Positions 27,733 through 32,000 of a DNA stretch of 32,000 nt are shown piece after piece. The notes beneath the pieces are model-generated. The model was not told the origin of the DNA, did not search any database, and worked only from the letters and a program-made list of their open reading frames with translations. The position numbers were made by a program, and so were the translations under genes. Source of the stretch: Halorhodospira halophila SL1 (GTDB taxonomy: Bacteria; Pseudomonadota; Gammaproteobacteria; Nitrococcales; Halorhodospiraceae); contig NC_008789.1 in assembly GCF_000015585.1 (NCBI RefSeq), positions 1,290,001-1,322,000 of the forward strand, given 5' to 3'. The stretch's first letter is position 1; the number at the start of each line of letters is the position of its first letter.

Positions 27733-28731
27733 GTGGCCAGCACCATTGCGGTGCTCGGCGCCGGGGCCTGGGGCACCGCCCTGGCCTCGGTGCTCGGACG
27801 CAACGGCCACGCGGTCCGGCTGTGGACCCGCGAGGCAGAGCACGCAGCGGCGATCAACGCCGAGCGGGTGAATCAGCGCCACCTGCCCGACTGCCCACTG
27901 CCCGACAGCCTCACCGCCACCGCAGACCTGGAGACCGCCCTCGGCGGGACCGACTGGCTGCTGATCGCCGTCCCGAGCAGCGCGTTCCGCGGCCTGATTG
28001 AACGCCTCGCGCCCTACCGGCCCGGCAAGGTGGTGTGGGCGACCAAGGGTCTCGAATCGGAATCCGGCGGCTTCCTCCACGACGTCGTCCAGGCGGGCCT
28101 CGATCCGGCCCCCGCCATGGCGGTCATCTCTGGACCGAGTTTCGCCGCCGAGGTCGGGCAGGGTCTGCCCACCGCGATCACCGTGGCGGCCGATGATGCG
28201 GACCTTGCCGCCGAAGTGGTCCGCGCCTTCCACAACGACCGCTTCCGGCCGTACTCGAGTACCGATATGACCGGTGTCGAACTCGGCGGGGCGGTGAAGA
28301 ACGTGCTCGCCGTCGCGACCGGCGCCAGTGACGGGCTCGGCCTCGGCGCCAACGCCCGCGCGGCCTTGGTCACCCGGGGCTTGGCGGAGATCTCCCGCCT
28401 CGGCGCGGCACTCGGGGCCGACCCGCAGACCCTCATCGGCCTGGCCGGGATGGGCGACCTGCTGCTGACCTGTACCGACGATCAGTCCCGCAATCGGCGC
28501 TTCGGCTTCGCCCTCGGGCAGGGGGCGACGGTGGAGACCGCCCTGGCCTCGGTGGGCAGCACCGTCGAAGGTGCGCGCACCGCCGCCGAGCTGCACAGTC
28601 TGGCAGAGCGCCACAGCGTGGAGATGCCGATCTGCAACATGGTCTACCGCGTGGTCAGCGGCGACACCCCACTCGAGCAGGCGGTCCGCGAGCTCATGGA
28701 GCGGACACCGAAGGCCGAATTCGACGACTGA
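27733..28731 (+). CDS. gpsA: NAD(P)H-dependent glycerol-3-phosphate dehydrogenase
   Basis: GTG 27733 lies 4 nt after the secB stop. IAVLGAGAWGTALASVL, SGPSFAAEV, GGAVKNVLAVATG and GDLLLTCT...SRNRRFG. 332 aa. Confidence 0.92.
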   Translation: MASTIAVLGAGAWGTALASVLGRNGHAVRLWTREAEHAAAINAERVNQRHLPDCPLPDSLTATADLETALGGTDWLLIAVPSSAFRGLIERLAPYRPGKVVWATKGLESESGGFLHDVVQAGLDPAPAMAVISGPSFAAEVGQGLPTAITVAADDADLAAEVVRAFHNDRFRPYSSTDMTGVELGGAVKNVLAVATGASDGLGLGANARAALVTRGLAEISRLGAALGADPQTLIGLAGMGDLLLTCTDDQSRNRRFGFALGQGATVETALASVGSTVEGARTAAELHSLAERHSVEMPICNMVYRVVSGDTPLEQAVRELMERTPKAEFDD

Positions 28732-28757
28732 CCGCGGGGAAGCGAACCGTCGGCGGC

Positions 28758-30173
28758 TCAGTCCATGCCCAGCTCCTTGATCTTGCGCGTCAGCGTATTC
28801 CGACCCCAGCCGAGTAACCGCGCGGCCTCCTGGCGGTGGCCGCCGCTGCGGCTCAGCGCGGCGCGAATCAGGACCCGTTCGAAGCGTGGCAAGGCGTCGT
28901 CGAGCAGGTGATCCTCGCCACCGTCGAGGGCCTGTTCGGCCCACCGCGCCAAGACCGCCTCCCAGTCGCCGCTGCCGCTGTCCGTGCCACCCGGGCTGCC
29001 GCCGGGACTGCCTCGGCGCAGGTCGGCTGGCAGATCTTCGGGGACGATCTCCTGACCGCTGGCCATCACCGTCAGCCAGCGGCAGGTATTCTCCAGCTGA
29101 CGCACATTGCCGGGCCAATCGAGCCGCATCAGTTCGCGCTCCACATCGGGATGCAGCGCCTTCGGGTCGACGTTGAGCTCCTGGGCGGCGGCCGCCAGGA
29201 AACGGCGGGCCAGGGCCGGGATATCCTCACGCCGCTCACGCAGTGGCGGCAGCTGGATGCGGATCACGTTCAGGCGGTGGTAGAGATCCTCGCGGAAACG
29301 CCCCTCGACCACCCGCTGCTCCAGATCCTGGTGGGTGGCAGCGATAATGCGTACATCCACCTTCATGGCGGTATGGGCACCCACCCGATAGAACTCACCG
29401 TCGGCGAGCACCCGCAGTAAGCGGGTCTGCAGGTCGGCGGGCATATCGCCGATCTCGTCGAGGAAGAGCGTACCACCGTCGGCCTGCTCGAAACGCCCGC
29501 GGCGAGTCTGCTGCGCCCCGGTGAAGGCCCCCTTTTCGTGCCCGAAAAGCTCTGATTCCATCAGGTCGTGAGGGATGGCGGCCATGTTCAGAGCGACGAA
29601 GGGACCGTCGGAACGCGGGCTGTGGCGGTGCAGCGCGCGGGCCACCAACTCCTTGCCGCTACCGGACTCGCCGGTGAGCAACACCGTGACGCTGGAACGC
29701 GACAACCGACCGATGGCGCGAAACACCTCCTGCATGGCCGGCGCCTCACCGAGGATATCGGCGGAGCCTCCCCCCGCGGCTTCCGCCGCGGCGCCCTTGC
29801 GCCGACTGGCGATGGCCCGGCCCGCCAGATCCACCGCCTCGTCCACATCGAAGGGCTTGGGGAGGTACTCGAAGGCGCCGCCCTCGTAGGAGCTAACCGC
29901 CGCATCGAGATCCGAATAGGCGGTGATCACGATCACCGGCAGTTGCGGCGTGGACGCCTGGACTTGCTGGAGCAGATCGTGACCGCCCAGCCCCGGCATG
30001 CGCAGATCGGTGATCAGTACATCGGGCTCTTCCCGGCGCAGCGCCTCCAGCGCCGCATCGCCGCTCTCGAAGGTGCGGACACCGTGGCCGGAGCGGCGCA
30101 GCGCCTTCTCCAGCACCCAGCGGATGGACCGGTCATCGTCCACCACCCATACCTGCGATTCGGCCTCAGTCAT
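28758..30173 (-). CDS. ntrC: Nitrogen regulation response regulator NtrC (sigma54 enhancer-binding protein)
   Basis: Receiver domain ([14 protein letters not shown]...[11 protein letters not shown]). AAA+ sigma54-interaction domain ([22 protein letters not shown]). C-terminal Fis-type HTH ([22 protein letters not shown]). ATG 30173 overlaps the ntrB stop by 8 nt. Confidence 0.93.
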   Translation of the reverse strand: MTEAESQVWVVDDDRSIRWVLEKALRRSGHGVRTFESGDAALEALRREEPDVLITDLRMPGLGGHDLLQQVQASTPQLPVIVITAYSDLDAAVSSYEGGAFEYLPKPFDVDEAVDLAGRAIASRRKGAAAEAAGGGSADILGEAPAMQEVFRAIGRLSRSSVTVLLTGESGSGKELVARALHRHSPRSDGPFVALNMAAIPHDLMESELFGHEKGAFTGAQQTRRGRFEQADGGTLFLDEIGDMPADLQTRLLRVLADGEFYRVGAHTAMKVDVRIIAATHQDLEQRVVEGRFREDLYHRLNVIRIQLPPLRERREDIPALARRFLAAAAQELNVDPKALHPDVERELMRLDWPGNVRQLENTCRWLTVMASGQEIVPEDLPADLRRGSPGGSPGGTDSGSGDWEAVLARWAEQALDGGEDHLLDDALPRFERVLIRAALSRSGGHRQEAARLLGWGRNTLTRKIKELGMD

Positions 30174-31239
30174 TTTCCGTCTCCATGGGTAACCAGATGG
30201 TGAACACCGTGCGCCCCGGTTCGCTGACGCACTCAATCAGGCCACCGAGGCGGCTGACCAGGCTCTGCGCAATGGGCAGTCCCAAACCGGTACCCTCGGG
30301 GCGCGAGGTGACCATCGGATAGAAGATCTGCTCCTGCTGATCGAGGGGGATCCCCGGCCCGTCGTCGATGATGTCGATGCGGGCCACCAGGCGGTGGGGC
30401 TTGTCGGCGATGGTGAACTGACGCTGGGTGCGCGTACGCAGGGTGATGGTCCCCCCTGGCCCGGTGGCCTGACGGGCGTTGCGCACCAGGTTGAGCACCG
30501 CCTGGACCAGGTGATTGTGCTCGGCGGTGACCGGCGGGATGCTCGGATCGTAGTCGCGCTGGAGCGCCACCGCTGGCGCCTCTGCGCGGCCTTCGGCATC
30601 CTCGGCGATGACCAGCGAACGGACGCGCTCGAGGACCTCATGGATGTTGACCGGCTCCTCACGGGCCGGCGCATTGGGACCGAGCAGGGCGTCCACCAGC
30701 TGCTGCAGGCGGTCCGCCTCGCGGATAATGACCTGGGTGTACTCGCGCTGGTCGCGCTCCGGGAGCTCGGCCTCCAGCAACTGCGCCGCGCCGCGCAGGC
30801 CGCCGAGCGGGTTCTTGATCTCGTGGGCCAGTCCGCGGATCAGCTCCTGTACGGCACGATTCTGTGACAGCAGGTGCTGTTCGCGGGTAATACGGGCGTG
30901 ACGGTCCACCTCGGCGATCTCGATCAGCACCCGTTTGGCGGAGACCGGGGTGATGGTGCAGTCGACGGTCACCGGGCGATCGCCGCGGACCGGAAGGCGA
31001 CGTTCGCGCTGGGTGTAGGCCCCGCCGGTACGCTGGGTCTGGCGGATGAGCTCTTCGAGCAGTTCCGCCCCGCGCAGTGCCGTCCCCAGGGTCTGGCCCA
31101 CCACCTGTCGGCTACTGACCCGGAACAGCGTCTCGGCGGCGTGGTTGACGTGGAGGATACGCACCCGGTCATCCACCAGCAGGACGGCGGTCGTCAGCTC
31201 CTCGAGGATCTGCGATGGGTCGCGCTCGTGATCTTCCAT
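30166..31239 (-). CDS. ntrB: Nitrogen regulation sensor histidine kinase NtrB
   Basis: N-terminal PAS (SQILEELTTAVLLVDD...ILHVNHAAETLF, compare E. coli GQILNSLINSILLIDD). H-box LAHEIKNPLGG, N-box LNLVRNARQA, and G-boxes DDGPGIP and GTGLGL. Start is ATG 31239 (CAGGGA SD about 6 nt upstream) or ATG 31245 two codons earlier. The track's start at 31341 is rejected. Confidence 0.9.
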   Translation of the reverse strand: MEDHERDPSQILEELTTAVLLVDDRVRILHVNHAAETLFRVSSRQVVGQTLGTALRGAELLEELIRQTQRTGGAYTQRERRLPVRGDRPVTVDCTITPVSAKRVLIEIAEVDRHARITREQHLLSQNRAVQELIRGLAHEIKNPLGGLRGAAQLLEAELPERDQREYTQVIIREADRLQQLVDALLGPNAPAREEPVNIHEVLERVRSLVIAEDAEGRAEAPAVALQRDYDPSIPPVTAEHNHLVQAVLNLVRNARQATGPGGTITLRTRTQRQFTIADKPHRLVARIDIIDDGPGIPLDQQEQIFYPMVTSRPEGTGLGLPIAQSLVSRLGGLIECVSEPGRTVFTIWLPMETEND

Positions 31240-31250
31240 GTCCATCCCTG

Positions 31251-31266
31251 TGCAAAGCCCGGGCCA
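31251..31266 (-). promoter_or_regulatory. Sigma54 (-24/-12) promoter-like element directly upstream of ntrB
   Basis: The minus strand reads TGGCCCG-GGCT-TTGCA against the consensus TGGCACG-N4-TTGCW, with one mismatch and correct spacing. The -12 GC is at 31253/31252, so the predicted TSS (about 31239-31242) falls on the two candidate ATGs. Confidence 0.5.
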
Positions 31267-31318
31267 CCCCGACACCCCCGATGGGCGCGGTCGGATGCAC
31301 GCGCAGGCGTACGGTGAC

Positions 31319-31335
31319 TGCACCATCCGGGTGCA
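31319..31335. promoter_or_regulatory. NtrC-binding-site-like palindrome
   Basis: TGCACCATCCGGGTGCA has the form TGCACC-N5-GGTGCA, a perfect 6-bp inverted repeat. It has one mismatch to the enteric NtrC consensus TGCACCA-N3-TGGTGCA. Its centre lies about 75 nt upstream of the -12 element. Confidence 0.6.
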
Positions 31336-31340
31336 ATGCA

Positions 31341-31375
31341 ATAAAAAGGGGCGGCAGCCAGCCGGCCCCGCCCCC
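31341..31375 (-). terminator. Rho-independent terminator after glnA
   Basis: The minus strand reads GGGGCGG...CCGCCCC (7-bp GC stem with additional inner pairing), followed by TTTTTATT. It starts about 27 nt after the glnA TAA. Confidence 0.7.
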
Positions 31376-31401
31376 TGTACACAGCATCCGCCCCGAAGGG
31401 T

Positions 31402-32000
31402 TTAGACGCTGTAGTACATGTCGAACTCCACCGGATGGGTGGTCATGCGCAGGCGCGTGACGTCGTCCATCTTCAATTGGATGTACGCGTCAATCAGGTC
31501 GTCGGAGAAGACTCCGCCCTGCTTGAGGAACTCGCGGTCGTTGTCCAGGGCCTCGAGCGCCTCGTCGAGCTGGAAGGCGACCTTGGGGATCTCCTTCTCC
31601 TCCTCCGGCGGCAGGTCGTAGAGGTCCTTGTCCATCGCCTCGCCGGGGTGGATCTTGTTGCGGATGCCATCGAGACCGGCCATCAGCATGGCGGCGAAGG
31701 TCAGGTACGGGTTGCCTGTGGGATCCGGGAAGCGGACCTCGATCCGCCGCGCCTTGGGGTTGGCCACATAGGGCACCCGCACCGAGGCGGAGCGATTGCG
31801 CGCCGAGTAGGCGAGCAGCACCGGCGCCTCGAAGCCGGGCACCAGGCGCTTGTAGCTGTTGGTGGAGGCGTTGGCGAAGGCGTTGATCGCCTTGGCGTGC
31901 TTGATGATGCCGCCGATGTAGTAGAGCGCCTCCTCGGAGAGCCCGCCGTACTGGTCCCCGGCGAAGATGTTGTTACCGCCCTTGGAGACCGACTGGTGCA
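31402..32000 (-). CDS. glnA: Glutamine synthetase type I, C-terminal part (5' end beyond the window)
   Basis: The reading frame is open to the window edge. [40 protein letters not shown] and the adenylylation-loop region [11 protein letters not shown], ending in [11 protein letters not shown]. Confidence 0.93.
   Translation of the reverse strand, partial: HQSVSKGGNNIFAGDQYGGLSEEALYYIGGIIKHAKAINAFANASTNSYKRLVPGFEAPVLLAYSARNRSASVRVPYVANPKARRIEVRFPDPTGNPYLTFAAMLMAGLDGIRNKIHPGEAMDKDLYDLPPEEEKEIPKVAFQLDEALEALDNDREFLKQGGVFSDDLIDAYIQLKMDDVTRLRMTTHPVEFDMYYSV

Noticed and set aside
1-32000. Search for a novel defence, toxin-antitoxin, secretion or mobile system, and for CRISPR repeats, tRNA/rRNA genes, IS termini and compositional islands.
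   Set aside because: No tandem or interspersed repeats were visible by eye. I saw no tRNA-like T-arm sequences and no AT-rich island larger than about 60 nt. No unassigned ORF over about 100 aa lies outside antisense positions. All intergenic spacers are 160 nt or shorter and are accounted for by promoters, terminators or RBSs. I cannot exclude small RNAs or small proteins without expression data or covariance-model scans.

Overview
This GC-rich window (roughly two-thirds G+C by eye, not computed) is almost fully coding. I call 33 protein genes, two of them truncated at the window edges. I see no rRNA, tRNA, CRISPR array, IS element or other obvious repeat.

The content is core gammaproteobacterial housekeeping, arranged in blocks that match known E. 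coli neighbourhoods:
- ubiH-ubiI, followed by a Fur-box-preceded Fe(3+) ABC binding protein and permease
- gcvT-gcvH-gcvPA-tpx-gcvPB plus a PfkB-family kinase
- ampD, convergent with apaH, then tal
- lptM(yifL)-lysA-dapF-yigA(DUF484)-xerC
- hslVU
- ubiE-ubiJ-ubiB
- envC-ctpA-yibQ plus a DJ-1 family gene on the minus strand, divergent from yibN-secB-gpsA
- glnA-ntrB-ntrC on the minus strand

The split gcvP and the high GC suggest a Chromatiales/Ectothiorhodospiraceae-like organism. That is a low-confidence inference.

I found no convincing evidence of a novel multi-gene system such as a defence, toxin, secretion or mobile module. Every ORF over about 100 aa that is not antisense to a recognisable gene has a clear family assignment.

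The observations most worth a second look:
1. A thiol peroxidase gene sits between the two halves of the split glycine dehydrogenase.
2. A near-consensus sigma54 -24/-12 element and a palindromic NtrC site lie in the glnA-ntrB spacer, but the -12 element sits almost on the ntrB ATG.
3. A 38-codon LptM-like lipoprotein ORF is absent from the ORF track and overlaps the lysA start.
4. An ATPase-less iron ABC module appears to be inserted into the otherwise conserved ubiH-ubiI-gcvT array.
5. A PfkB kinase of unknown substrate is the last gene of the gcv operon.

All calls come from reading the translations and hand alignment. No database search was run.
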